64,000 bases of DNA from IMG/VR virus record IMGVR_UViG_3300024252_000004, positions 331,128 through 395,127 of that record; one strand, given 5' to 3'. The notes below the pieces were generated by a model. That model worked only from the letters and a program-made list of their open reading frames with translations. It made no database searches and was not told the DNA's origin. The position numbers and the translations under genes are program-made. Positions 8,730 through 18,869 of the stretch are shown one piece after another (the stretch's first letter is position 1; every line of letters begins with the position of its first letter).

Positions 8730-9740
8730 ATGTTGTTATCCGCAGATGTTGTAGTGGGGCTCGCTTGGGGCGATGAAGCAAAAGGAAAGATCACCTCAGC
8801 CTTGGCAGCTACAGGGCAGTACGACGCCGTGGCTCGCTGGGCCGGAGGCAATAACGCAGGCCATACGGTCTACGTCAATGGCGAAAAATACAAAACACAC
8901 CTTGTTCCAAGCGGCGTATTCCACGGAATGCTTTCCATCGTTGGTCCCGGCTGTGTATTGCATCCAGAAGAATTTGAAAAAGAATTGGCTTACCTCGCAG
9001 GACACGGATTCGATACCTCTCTTGTGAAGGTATCTCCGAATTGCCACATTGTTCAAGACGAGCATATTGAGTTTGACAAGCAGAACCTTGCAAAGAAGCT
9101 TGGCACAACCTCAAAAGGTATTGCACCGAGTTACGCAGCTAAGGCGGCAAGAACAGGTCTTCTTGCCAAAGACTATTACGAAGGCAGTGACATCCTATGG
9201 GACGGTCAGCTTAGCGGTGTATTATTGTGTGAAGGAGCGCAGGGGGCTTGGTTAGATATTGATCACGGGAATTATCCCTATGTGACCTCAAGCATTACAC
9301 TTGCCTATGGAGCTTGCAGTATAGGCTTCGCACCACAGCTCATTAAGAGCATCTGGGGCGCTGCCAAAATTTATGACACAAGAAGCGGAGAAGATCCTAT
9401 TTTTCCTGCGTCACTACTTGATGACCCTATGCTGTCAAAGGTTGGGGAAATTGGGGCCGAATATGGTGTGACCACAGGGCGCAGAAGAAAGGTAAATTGG
9501 CTTGATGTTGATATGCTGATTAAGTCTATCAATTTGACTGGATGCACACACGTTGTTGTTAGCAAATGTGATGTATTGGAAGAGGCCGGAGTTTACAGGA
9601 TGTATTGTAGAGGGATTCAGAACGAGCTTTCTGAGTTCGAAAGCATTACCGATATGACCGGAGTGCTGGAGACTCTTCTTAGAAAGAATTGTTCCCTTCT
9701 CAAGAGAGTGATCTTTTCCTCTTCACCGGAGAATATATGA
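8730..9740 (+). CDS. purA: adenylosuccinate synthetase (short form)
   Basis: WGDEAKGK, GGNNAGHT, EGAQG, DHGNYPYVTSS, TTGRRR, KCD; ATG 8730 follows GGAGG. Confidence 0.95.
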   Translation: MLLSADVVVGLAWGDEAKGKITSALAATGQYDAVARWAGGNNAGHTVYVNGEKYKTHLVPSGVFHGMLSIVGPGCVLHPEEFEKELAYLAGHGFDTSLVKVSPNCHIVQDEHIEFDKQNLAKKLGTTSKGIAPSYAAKAARTGLLAKDYYEGSDILWDGQLSGVLLCEGAQGAWLDIDHGNYPYVTSSITLAYGACSIGFAPQLIKSIWGAAKIYDTRSGEDPIFPASLLDDPMLSKVGEIGAEYGVTTGRRRKVNWLDVDMLIKSINLTGCTHVVVSKCDVLEEAGVYRMYCRGIQNELSEFESITDMTGVLETLLRKNCSLLKRVIFSSSPENI

Positions 9741-10573
9741 GTAAAAGAAGTATGTTGATATATCATGCCAATTGCCCTGACGGCTTTGGCGCGGCATATG
9801 CATTTTGGAAAAAATACGGATATGGTATTGATTACTGTGCAGTAAAGCATGGTGATCCGATACCGGATGATATTGACGACAGAGATATCTGGATAGTAGA
9901 TTTCTGTTTTAAGTTTCCAGAAATGGATGAAGTGATTGAAAGAGCTAAGAGCGTGGTCGTTATCGATCACCACATTACGGCTATGGAATCGATGGAGGGC
10001 GTTACTCGTCCGAATCTTGAAACCATATTTAAAATGGATAACTCAGGCGCGGTGTTGGCATGGAAATACCTTTTCCCTGACGAAGACGTTCCAAAGATTC
10101 TTCAGTACATTGAAGATAGAGATATTCATAAGTGGGAGCTAGAGGGTGCCGAAGCACTTTTGGCTAATCTTGATTCTAATGAAAAGAATCTTGAAATCTG
10201 GGATGATTTTGCTCAAGACATTGAGACCTCAAGAGGTTTGATGAATCAGATTAAGGGCGGAAGAATTCTTCTTGATTACAAAAAGGAGATCAGTGATTCC
10301 ATTAAGAGAGGCATGTATTACATGACTATCCGAGGAATTGAGTTCCCTGTCATTAACACCGCAGTGATATTCCGTGGAGACATCCTTTCGGAGATTGCTG
10401 ATAGTACAGATTTTGGCGTAGCGGCTGCTTATAATTTTGACGGAAAGCATTATGTCTTCTCGTTAAGGTCGAGAGGCGAAGTCGATGTTGCTAAGATTGC
10501 GGAATCGTTCCCCGGTGGTGGCGGGCACAAAGGAGCCGCAGGGTTTTCGGTCCTTACTATGGAGGACCTTTAG
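9737..10573 (+). CDS. DHH/DHHA1 family phosphoesterase
   Basis: YHANCPDG, VDF, IDHH, SLRS, GGGHKGAAGF; ATGA overlap with purA. Confidence 0.9.
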   Translation: MSKRSMLIYHANCPDGFGAAYAFWKKYGYGIDYCAVKHGDPIPDDIDDRDIWIVDFCFKFPEMDEVIERAKSVVVIDHHITAMESMEGVTRPNLETIFKMDNSGAVLAWKYLFPDEDVPKILQYIEDRDIHKWELEGAEALLANLDSNEKNLEIWDDFAQDIETSRGLMNQIKGGRILLDYKKEISDSIKRGMYYMTIRGIEFPVINTAVIFRGDILSEIADSTDFGVAAAYNFDGKHYVFSLRSRGEVDVAKIAESFPGGGGHKGAAGFSVLTMEDL

Positions 10574-10607
10574 CTCTTCACAATACCCGGAGTGAAAAAT
10601 TTAATAT

Positions 10608-11354
10608 ATGGAGATAAACAAGAGAACACCTCAAAGTATTCTTGAAGAGTTAGCGAATTACAAAGATGCGACAATGTGGAATTTTATCAAATGCTTTTCT
10701 AAATTATCCCTTGGCAAAGAGGAGATAAGAAGTTGCTATACAACTTATTACCACATTGGCGGAGAAGAGAATAATTCGTTAAGTTTTCGAAAAATCATTG
10801 AGAAGATGGGGCCAGGGTCAGGAGGAAGTTTTATTAAACTTTGTTTCACAGTTTACCCTGAGTTATTAGACGAGGTTTTTAGCGACGATCTTGATGACGG
10901 AATTATTGGGGCATACGGAATTAATTGGATCCGACTGCTGCTCGCGCAAAGTGGTTATGTCAGAACGATAAATATATACGATAAGTTGACTGACAGTTCT
11001 GACCCATACCTTTATCTGTTCGCGTTGGAGGTATGTTCGATTGATAAATTAAAAGAACATAAAAGTCACGAGTCAAAGAAGGCACGAAAAATTGTGTTCA
11101 GTAGACTTGGTCCTGTGGAATGTTTGAACGATATGCTTCAGGACGGTACGAAAGATATACGGGCGCTCGGGGTCAGATTCGCCCCGATGCATTGCGAAAT
11201 GTTTAACGAAATGAGTGAGGAGGCGGCTTTACAAATTTGCAACAATTTGCTAAAAAAAGGTGATGACGAACTAATCGTCATGTTAATGGGAAACAAAAAC
11301 AACAAGAGCAATGCCTTTTCTGGTTTGCTTAATTTTAGAATAGAAGAGATGTAA
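10608..11354 (+). CDS. hypothetical protein
   Basis: 248-aa ORF. Confidence 0.7.
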   Translation: MEINKRTPQSILEELANYKDATMWNFIKCFSKLSLGKEEIRSCYTTYYHIGGEENNSLSFRKIIEKMGPGSGGSFIKLCFTVYPELLDEVFSDDLDDGIIGAYGINWIRLLLAQSGYVRTINIYDKLTDSSDPYLYLFALEVCSIDKLKEHKSHESKKARKIVFSRLGPVECLNDMLQDGTKDIRALGVRFAPMHCEMFNEMSEEAALQICNNLLKKGDDELIVMLMGNKNNKSNAFSGLLNFRIEEM

Positions 11355-11356
11355 TT

Positions 11357-11542
11357 ATGGCATACGACAAATCACATTACGGTCCGAAACTCAAAGTCAA
11401 AGTCACCAATAGTATTGGTGGCAGAGTAGATTATCACGAAGGTCTTACTAAATTTGATATTGATTGGATTAAATCTAATCCCAACCTCCAAGTAGAGGTT
11501 CTCGAAGTAAGAAATGGAAGACGTAGGCAGCTTAAGAGATGA
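11357..11542 (+). CDS. small hypothetical protein
   Basis: 61 aa, tight packing, ATGA overlap downstream. Confidence 0.6.
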   Translation: MAYDKSHYGPKLKVKVTNSIGGRVDYHEGLTKFDIDWIKSNPNLQVEVLEVRNGRRRQLKR

Positions 11543-12126
11543 ACAAAGGGAGAGTTATATTTGTGCTCTCCCTTCTTGTTACGTTTCTGGTGGGGTTCAA
11601 AACAATGACTCCAGCTTATAACAAACTATCAGATGTGTCGTTTACTGTTCACGATGTGTGGGCCAATACAAGTGTTCCATTGGGAACGAGGTACATATAT
11701 CATGGGCAGGATTCGGCGCTTTCTGATAAAGAAGTTGAGAGGGTGATTAAGAAGACGGAAATAGCTATCCAACATTACTCCAAAGAAAAGGGCTATCCAA
11801 TGGAGCAATGCAGAACAATCGACACCTTAGAGATTTATTATGTGAGGCAGGATGAGTTGAACAAAAGAGGAAGATTTCCTATTTTTATGAATGAAAACCT
11901 TAGCCCCAATGATGTTGTGTGGGGAGTTTACGATCCTGTAAGCCAAAGCCCTCATTACGCTGTTTTGATGATATCGAATCCAGGCGGAACCAAGACTGAA
12001 GAGACTCAAGCGCATGAGTTGTATCACTATTGGTATGACAGATTTTGTTGGGAGCGGCATCACCCTGGAGATCCAGAGTCTGCTGCCCTTGAATTTGAAA
12101 CCTTTTATGAATTAAACTATATGTGA
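11539..12126 (+). CDS. membrane-anchored/secreted protein with HExxH zincin-like motif
   Basis: N-terminal hydrophobic segment; AHELYH. Confidence 0.6.
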   Translation: MNKGRVIFVLSLLVTFLVGFKTMTPAYNKLSDVSFTVHDVWANTSVPLGTRYIYHGQDSALSDKEVERVIKKTEIAIQHYSKEKGYPMEQCRTIDTLEIYYVRQDELNKRGRFPIFMNENLSPNDVVWGVYDPVSQSPHYAVLMISNPGGTKTEETQAHELYHYWYDRFCWERHHPGDPESAALEFETFYELNYM

Positions 12127-12132
12127 GTTAAG

Positions 12133-13176
12133 ATGAAATTAAGAAGAGCTTTAGCATTTGATGACGTGCTTCTTGTTCCAAGAAAATCAGAGATACCTTC
12201 CAGGCTTGCCGTTGATCCTTCAGTAGACGTTGGTGGAATCAAATTAGGCATTCCCCTTATTTCCTCTCCAATGGATACTGTAACAGAAGGACTTATGGCA
12301 AAACAACTTGGGCTGCTTGGCGGTCTGGGGATAATTCATAGGTACTGTTCTGTTAGTGAACAAATTGCTCACTTAAGAATACCAATTGCTGCCGGAGTAT
12401 ATGGAGGCTTTGCAATCGGAGTTGGAGCAGAAGCGGAAGAAAGATTCTCCATGATTCTGGAAGAATATGGCAGCAGCCTTGATGTTGTATGCATTGACAT
12501 TGCGAATGGCCATAGCACGCTTATGGAGAGGACCATTAAGAAAGTTAGAGATATGGCTCCAGATATTTCAATCATGGCAGGAAATGTTGCTACCAGAGAC
12601 GGATACAGGTTTCTCGCAGATCTCGGAGTAAATTCTGTCAGGGTAGGTATCGGCGGAGGAAGCATCTGCAAAACGCGAATTCAGACAGGGTTCGGCGTTC
12701 CTACATTTTCTTCTCTTCTTTGGGCCGCAGACGCTAAAGAGTCTGGTAAATACGAGGCGTCCATCATTGCAGATGGAGGCATTAGGCACCCCGGAGATTT
12801 AGCTAAAAGCATTGCGGCCGGCGCAGATGCTGTTATCTGTGGTAGCATCTTTGCTGGGAGCAAAGAAGCCCCTGGTGATGTAATCACATGGACAGATGGC
12901 ATTGCCTATAAGAAATACAGGGGAATGGCATCGGAAGAGATTCAGGTAGAGAAGAGGGGCGGAATGAAGCCGGGAACCTGCGCAGAAGGAACGTCTACTC
13001 TTGTTAGATATGAAGGCTCCATGAAGAGAGTCACTGAGGAGTTTGAGGGCGGAATTAGGTCCGCCTTAACTTACAACGGTTCTTGGGATATTCCACATTT
13101 CCAGGTGACCGCAGAATTTATTGAGATTACAGATTCTGGATTAAGAGAGTCTCACTCTCACGGAACAAGGAAATAA
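12133..13176 (+). CDS. IMPDH/GMP reductase family oxidoreductase, no CBS domains (GMP-reductase-like flap)
   Basis: FDDVLLVP, SSPMDTVT, VGIGGGSICKTR, IADGGI, YRGMAS...AEG. Confidence 0.92.
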   Translation: MKLRRALAFDDVLLVPRKSEIPSRLAVDPSVDVGGIKLGIPLISSPMDTVTEGLMAKQLGLLGGLGIIHRYCSVSEQIAHLRIPIAAGVYGGFAIGVGAEAEERFSMILEEYGSSLDVVCIDIANGHSTLMERTIKKVRDMAPDISIMAGNVATRDGYRFLADLGVNSVRVGIGGGSICKTRIQTGFGVPTFSSLLWAADAKESGKYEASIIADGGIRHPGDLAKSIAAGADAVICGSIFAGSKEAPGDVITWTDGIAYKKYRGMASEEIQVEKRGGMKPGTCAEGTSTLVRYEGSMKRVTEEFEGGIRSALTYNGSWDIPHFQVTAEFIEITDSGLRESHSHGTRK

Positions 13177-13177
13177 T

Positions 13178-13507
13178 ATGAGCGAAGATAAAAAGTTACC
13201 ATCAGTAGAAGAGGTGCTGGAAGAGTTTAGAGTTCTTAAGGGAAGGATTGGAGGTATTCAGAAATATCTGGCAGGGCTCCATGCTGAGGAAGAAGGCAGG
13301 GCTGGCAGTGTCGAGTCAGAGGAGCCTGAGGAGACTTATATTACATATAGTAGAGCCGAAGAGGTGCTCCACATAACCCAAATGATTACAGAACAGTTAA
13401 AAATTATGCACAACTTCTCTGATCACGAAATACAAATGGATGTTTCAAAAACTTCCGCCCGAGTGATCAAGGTACACAGCCGAATCTTAGACCACCTAGA
13501 GAAATAA
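13178..13507 (+). CDS. hypothetical protein
   Basis: 109-aa ORF with AGGA RBS. Confidence 0.65.
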   Translation: MSEDKKLPSVEEVLEEFRVLKGRIGGIQKYLAGLHAEEEGRAGSVESEEPEETYITYSRAEEVLHITQMITEQLKIMHNFSDHEIQMDVSKTSARVIKVHSRILDHLEK

Positions 13508-13508
13508 T

Positions 13509-13538
13509 TTTTCTAAGCTACTCGTAGGAGGTTATAGG
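13509..13538 (+). promoter_or_regulatory. putative promoter, TTTCYA-N17-TATA class
   Basis: TTTTCTAAGCTACTCGTAGGAGGTTATAGG, same spacing as 8627 and 22238. Confidence 0.45.
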
Positions 13539-13594
13539 AGGTCGTGCAGGAAATGCGTCTTCATCCCCCTACTCACAAAGGAGTTATATAGCTT

Positions 13595-14668
13595 ATGGCA
13601 ACAATTAAAAGTACACTTGATTCATTACTATCTATGCCGAATGACCAGTCGATTCTGATTATCTCGCCGCACGGAATGGGCAAGTCAAGCTTAGTTAAAC
13701 AGGCATCTAAAATGTTAGGTGCTGAATTTCATGATGTTAGACTTTCTCAGTGTGAGGTTGGAGACATCAAAGGTCTGCCATTCCTAAATGAGGAAACACG
13801 GACTACGGAGTTCTTCAAACCACGTTGGTGGCCAAGAGATATGAGTAGCTCTGGCTACCTATTTTTCGATGAGCTTAACCGAGCTAACAATGAGGTGCAG
13901 CAGGCTGTTTTCGAGATCGTTCTTGATAGAAGGCTTGATGGAGATTATCTTCCTGACGGATGGAGAGTTGTTGTTGCAATCAACGGCGACGAAAGATATC
14001 AGGTCAGCGAGCTTGATCCAGCCCTTTTTGACAGATTCTATATCGTTGATTTCCATCCGGAAGTAAACGAGTGGCTTGACTGGGCAGAGGAAGCCGGCAT
14101 TCACGGCTCTATCCTACAGTTCATTCAGTCTAGCCCAGAGTATCTTGACCCTCCAAAGGATCTGAAGCAGGGTATGGTATATCCTTCTCGTAGAAGTTGG
14201 GATAAGTTTAATCAGGCTATGACTCATCTTGGTCTTTGGGAGTCAAAGGATCCTGGCAAAATCACAGAGTTGTGTCTTGGTTGGATTGGCAGAGCGGCAG
14301 GAATTAGATTTACCGAATTCTATCTCAAGGATTTCAAGCTTATCAGCGGTGATGACATTCTGAATAAATTTGATGAGATCAGAGAGGATCTTGACAGAAT
14401 GAAGGGTGACCCTTCGGCTATGGCGACAATTGCGAGAGGTCTTGGTAGAGCTATCTCTACTATGGACAAGGACATTCTGCCTGAGCAGTTGGAGAACCTG
14501 AAGAAGGCTCTGAGAATACTTCCGAGAGAGATTGCGTCATCCGTATGGATGGAAGCTGGTCGATCAAAGTCAATTAGAAAGCATCTTTCTCAGATGAGGA
14601 AAACCGATCCTGATTTCGTGAAATTTGTAACAAAGCTTTATGCGACCAACAGAAAAAAGGATGCGTAA
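13595..14668 (+). CDS. MoxR-like AAA+ ATPase
   Basis: Walker A PHGMGKS, DVRLSQ, Walker B FFDELNRA, LDPALFDRF, PSRRSW. Confidence 0.88.
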   Translation: MATIKSTLDSLLSMPNDQSILIISPHGMGKSSLVKQASKMLGAEFHDVRLSQCEVGDIKGLPFLNEETRTTEFFKPRWWPRDMSSSGYLFFDELNRANNEVQQAVFEIVLDRRLDGDYLPDGWRVVVAINGDERYQVSELDPALFDRFYIVDFHPEVNEWLDWAEEAGIHGSILQFIQSSPEYLDPPKDLKQGMVYPSRRSWDKFNQAMTHLGLWESKDPGKITELCLGWIGRAAGIRFTEFYLKDFKLISGDDILNKFDEIREDLDRMKGDPSAMATIARGLGRAISTMDKDILPEQLENLKKALRILPREIASSVWMEAGRSKSIRKHLSQMRKTDPDFVKFVTKLYATNRKKDA

Positions 14669-15943
14669 ATGAGTGAAATGGAAAAGACAGAGCTGGAAGA
14701 AAACGAAGAGAAGGTAAGGCTTCAAAAGGAGTTGCTTGCGGCAAGAAGGGTTATGTCCCGAGAGGGGCTTGAGAGACTTGAAATTGGAATCTCAAGATTA
14801 ACTTTATCTTTTCCACTCTTTTACATTCCCCTCATTAACCTTAGAAAGGTTGAGTCATGGAACATTCCAACGATGGGTGTTGGTCCGGTCAATAAGATTG
14901 AACTCGGACTATACTATAACCCCGAGTTTACGCTTAGTCTAAATCCTATTGAGTTGCGAGCAGTATTACAGCATGAAGCCATGCACATTCTGCTTCAGCA
15001 CCTTACCAGAGGTAGAGACTTCGGTTCCAATTTCAAGATGTATAACATTGCGGCTGATTTGACCATCAATCCCAAGCTCGAAGGTATTCCGAGTTGGGCT
15101 TATTTCCCCGAAAAGGAAGGTCTTCCTTCGAATGAATCGGCAGAACTTTACTACAAGCTCCTAAAAGAGCGACGTGAAGAGATGACGAAGAGAATGAAGA
15201 AGCAGATGGAGGGTATGACTGACGAACAAATCGCTGATGCATTCTTTAAGTCCCTTGAGGGAGAGGCACTTGACGACCACTCTATGTGGGAAGATATGAC
15301 TCAGACTCAGAAGGATATCATCAAAGAGAAGATTCGTAACTTATCAGAAGAGGCTATGAGGGCGCAGGATGCTGTCGGTTGGGGAAAGGTTCCGGGGAAT
15401 TTGCATGAAGAGATTATGGCGGCGAATAAGCCGTTAGTAAATTGGAAAAGAGAGCTTAAGTTCTTTATTGGGCAGGTTGTCTCATGCGGGAGGAAGAGTA
15501 CAAGGCTGCGTCCCAACAGGCGCTACAAGTATCTCCAGCCTGGAACGAAAAGGAGTTATACCAGTAAGCTTCTAATCGCATTGGATTGCTCCGGCTCAGT
15601 ATCTGATAAAGAGCTTCAGATGTTTATTGATGAAGTGACGGGAATGGTAGGTAAGGTTCAGGTTGATGTAATTCCATTCGATGCGGTATGTCATGGAGAA
15701 CCTCAGAAATTCACAAGGAAAAATGCCAGCATCAAAGTGCATGGCAGAGGCGGAACCGATTTCGGTCCCCCTATCAGAATGGCTGATGATCTTAAGTATG
15801 ATGGACTAATCGTAATGACAGATGGAGAGTGCAGTTTCCCTGTCGCTCCACGCTGTAGAATGATGTGGGTTCTGTCGCGCAATTCGTCATGGGCTGACCC
15901 GCCCCCTTACGGAAGGGTTATACAGCTTAATGAATTAGGTTGA
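14669..15943 (+). CDS. metallopeptidase-like + VWA domain protein (DUF2201-type)
   Basis: HEAMH, NIAADLTIN, MIDAS DCSGS, GRGGTDF, TDG. Confidence 0.88.
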   Translation: MSEMEKTELEENEEKVRLQKELLAARRVMSREGLERLEIGISRLTLSFPLFYIPLINLRKVESWNIPTMGVGPVNKIELGLYYNPEFTLSLNPIELRAVLQHEAMHILLQHLTRGRDFGSNFKMYNIAADLTINPKLEGIPSWAYFPEKEGLPSNESAELYYKLLKERREEMTKRMKKQMEGMTDEQIADAFFKSLEGEALDDHSMWEDMTQTQKDIIKEKIRNLSEEAMRAQDAVGWGKVPGNLHEEIMAANKPLVNWKRELKFFIGQVVSCGRKSTRLRPNRRYKYLQPGTKRSYTSKLLIALDCSGSVSDKELQMFIDEVTGMVGKVQVDVIPFDAVCHGEPQKFTRKNASIKVHGRGGTDFGPPIRMADDLKYDGLIVMTDGECSFPVAPRCRMMWVLSRNSSWADPPPYGRVIQLNELG

Positions 15944-15947
15944 GTAC

Positions 15948-15999
15948 AAAGGGGTAGAGACTTCCGGGTCTCTACCCCTTTCCCCGCTTGAGGGCGGGG
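15948..15999 (+). terminator. terminator-like double hairpin
   Basis: AAAGGGGTAGAGAC-loop-GTCTCTACCCCTTT followed by CCCCGC-loop-GCGGGG. Confidence 0.7.
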
Positions 16000-16028
16000 T
16001 GAAAAACAATACATTTACGGAGTGAAAA

Positions 16029-17225
16029 ATGTTGCAAATTTATGAAAAGGTTCCGAGTAAGATGGCTACCATCATGGTCACATTTGATGGTGGAGCAAGA
16101 GCAGAAGGGGATAAGTTTTCTCCTGGTTTAGCACACATGTTAGAGCACATGATGTTTAAAGGTACGGAGACGAGGACCAGTATTGAGATACCAAGAGAGA
16201 TTGCCCTTTTAGGCGGAAGCACTAATGCTTTTACCTCGAATGAGATGGTTAGTTACTTCATCACAGTGCCTTATGAGAACCTTGAGCAGGCCATGGCTAT
16301 CTTGTCCGACATCACCACCAACTCTACTTTCCCAGAGGATGAATTCTTGAAGGAAAGAGAGGTCGTTCTTGAGGAGGAAGCGGAGGGGCAGGCAAGTATT
16401 GACACTTTCCTTTGGGACTCCTTTGCTGGAGACTTCTTCACTGGCAGATTATCCTCTACAGTCATTGGAACTAAGGAGTCAATCGAAGGATTTACTCTTC
16501 CAGAGCTTAAGAAGTTCTACAAGAAATTCTACAGCAGAAGGAATGCTGTTGTTGCGATGAGTTCCTGCCTTGGCAAGAGAGAGGCCGGAAAGCTGATGAG
16601 AAAATACTTCGGAAGAAATTCGAAAAATGTAGCTCATAATGTTCCTGTTTACTCTCCGGAATATGGAGGGGCAAGGCAGATGAATCTCACAAGGCCATTG
16701 ATCGAGCACGCATATGTGTGGATGTGTTATCCTGGCAGAACCTATGGTACTGATAACGAGGCAGCAGACTCCGTTATGCTTTCAATCCTTGGAAGTGGAA
16801 TGGACAGCAGACTCTTTGAGAATATAAGAGAGAAGCATGGTCTATGCTATGGCATTCATGCAGGAGGTGTTGCGTTTAGAGATCAGGGATCTATCGTTAT
16901 CAATTCCTCAACAAGGGCGGAGAATGTCGATAAACTCGTTGGACTTGTGAATGACGAAGTTGAAAAGATGCAGAATGAATTAATCACCGAAGAGGAGCTT
17001 CTTCGTTCTCAAAATCAGTTTAGAGCACAGACATATTCTTTGGCAGAAAATAGCAAGAGTGCAGTTAGTTGGGCAACCAAGAGGGCCTTCTTTGGGCTCA
17101 GCGATATTGATGCAGTCTCAGAGGGCGTAGCTGCCTTAACCAGAGAGGACATCAGAGAGTCTGCTCAGAGATATTTTGATAGAGAGAAAGAACTCTTGAT
17201 GGTAGTTAGACCGGAGGAATCATGA
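16029..17225 (+). CDS. M16 (insulinase/pitrilysin) family zinc peptidase
   Basis: GLAHMLEHMMFKGT (HxxEH), NAFTS, EREVVLEE, SRLFENIREKHGLCY. Confidence 0.93.
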   Translation: MLQIYEKVPSKMATIMVTFDGGARAEGDKFSPGLAHMLEHMMFKGTETRTSIEIPREIALLGGSTNAFTSNEMVSYFITVPYENLEQAMAILSDITTNSTFPEDEFLKEREVVLEEEAEGQASIDTFLWDSFAGDFFTGRLSSTVIGTKESIEGFTLPELKKFYKKFYSRRNAVVAMSSCLGKREAGKLMRKYFGRNSKNVAHNVPVYSPEYGGARQMNLTRPLIEHAYVWMCYPGRTYGTDNEAADSVMLSILGSGMDSRLFENIREKHGLCYGIHAGGVAFRDQGSIVINSSTRAENVDKLVGLVNDEVEKMQNELITEEELLRSQNQFRAQTYSLAENSKSAVSWATKRAFFGLSDIDAVSEGVAALTREDIRESAQRYFDREKELLMVVRPEES

Positions 17226-18208
17226 AGTTAAAGGTAACAGGGGATGTTGATTTCATTGCTCACTCTGCATGGATATCAACCGTAAATGAGATGCGCGCAA
17301 ACGCACGCACGCATGAGGATAAGATTCGAGTTGTGCAGTTCCTTGTGGAACATCATCACACCTCTCCTTTAGAGGGAATAACTCTTACGTTCACTGACTT
17401 TGTAGATGCTGAGAATAGAGAGGTAGAAGATGTTTTTCTTGATTTCGCAGTAAACAAATTTGCGAAATTTACATTAGAAGATGATGACGCTATTGCAACA
17501 ATCGATCTTTTGAATTTCTGCAAGATGACCCTTACACCAAGAGAGGACGATGATGTTGATTTTGGAATACTTTGGGACGCTTTTGCAGAGCAACGCCCAG
17601 AACTTGCTCTGATTCTCACCAGCTTTGGTCCAATTGAGGAACACTTCGCAGAAGAGTTGGAGGCCGATCTTTTAGGCGAGCATAACATGTCCGTTCAGTT
17701 GGTACAGTTTCACGACGGTGGTTCCAGAGAACATAGTCGAGCATCATGGAGAGTGAAGTGTCCGCTGTCGATCTCAGTGCAGATCCTGCGCCACAGGAGC
17801 GGTTCATATAATCAGGTGAGCGGCAGGTACAAGACGATTAGGCAGGAATTGTTCGAGACGCCTGACGATTGTGCAGAGATCGCTGCACGTATGGGAGAAA
17901 ACCTCGATAAGTATATGGGTTCTGCTGAGGCATGTATCGCAAGATATCTACAATTTATGAGAAAAGCAAAGAAATCTCGTGATGATGAGGTAATATCTAA
18001 TGATGAGTATAAGAGGATGCGAGAGGTAGCCAGATTCATTCTTCCAGAAGGGCGGATGACGGAACTCTACATCACTTATTACTTAGATGACTTTTATGAT
18101 AATTATCTAAGACTAAGGGATTCTGAACATGCACAAACCGAACATATTTGGATTGCTCAAGAAATGCGTAAGACGCTTGAGCAACATAAAACAGAGGATC
18201 AAGAATGA
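17222..18208 (+). CDS. thyX: flavin-dependent thymidylate synthase-like protein, enlarged
   Basis: HTSPLE, QILRHRSGSYNQVSGRY (RHRx7S), REVARFILP, LRLR...HAQTE. Confidence 0.85.
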   Translation: MKLKVTGDVDFIAHSAWISTVNEMRANARTHEDKIRVVQFLVEHHHTSPLEGITLTFTDFVDAENREVEDVFLDFAVNKFAKFTLEDDDAIATIDLLNFCKMTLTPREDDDVDFGILWDAFAEQRPELALILTSFGPIEEHFAEELEADLLGEHNMSVQLVQFHDGGSREHSRASWRVKCPLSISVQILRHRSGSYNQVSGRYKTIRQELFETPDDCAEIAARMGENLDKYMGSAEACIARYLQFMRKAKKSRDDEVISNDEYKRMREVARFILPEGRMTELYITYYLDDFYDNYLRLRDSEHAQTEHIWIAQEMRKTLEQHKTEDQE

Positions 18209-18869
18209 CTTAACGTTTGATCTCAGTTTAGCGGAGGAAGATTTTGCGATTGATGCGATGGATTTCGCTGACGGCGTAGAGTCTCACGAGCTACCCGTTA
18301 ATTCGGTTAGCGGAGAGCAGTTAGCCAAATTGTTCTACGATAACTATCAACATTTGCTTCCGCAAACTAAAGAGCCTGGGCCGCCATGGGGAGAGATTTC
18401 TGAGGCTAACAGGCTTCATTTAGTTAGGACCAGCGAAAAAGTGTTGGAGCAGCTCTTTGATGTTAAGATTGATATAGATGAGAAGTATCCAGACGATTTA
18501 ATGATAGACCTCATTCCTGTTAAGAATTTTTTCGATGAATATGTCGGTGCGATAATTGCTGATTACTCAGCCTTCGCTGATGATGTTGAGGATCTCGCAG
18601 AGGACATTTGCCCTGCCGTGATCGATTCGACTTCTATTAAAGGTAACGCTTTATATATCAAGCTATCCGAAGTAAACGGAGGCTTTAAGGGTTATCTAAG
18701 ATTGGAACCTACAAGAGAAGGTGAGTTTGCCCAACGCTACTCAGAAGATGAAGAGATTTGGGCTTCAAGATATAGGATTTTATTGTACGGTGGCTCTGCC
18801 ATTGAATACCTAGATTCGAACCTTGAAGGTACGGCGTTATTTGTTGATAATCAAAAGGAAAACACATGA
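18205..18869 (+). CDS. hypothetical acidic protein; start uncertain (possible 1-nt frameshift just after ATG 18205, otherwise ATG 18258)
   Basis: Long open frame to 18869; RBS+ATGA-coupled ATG is out of frame by one base. Confidence 0.6.

Noticed and set aside
8730-9740. PurZ / 2-aminoadenine (Z-genome) pathway, suggested by a PurA homolog plus an HD hydrolase
   Set aside because: The catalytic Asp (GDEAKG), the TTGRRR arginine and the KxD GTP-specificity motif are all PurA-type; PurZ has Ser at the Asp position. The HD gene is 30 kb away and YfdR-like.
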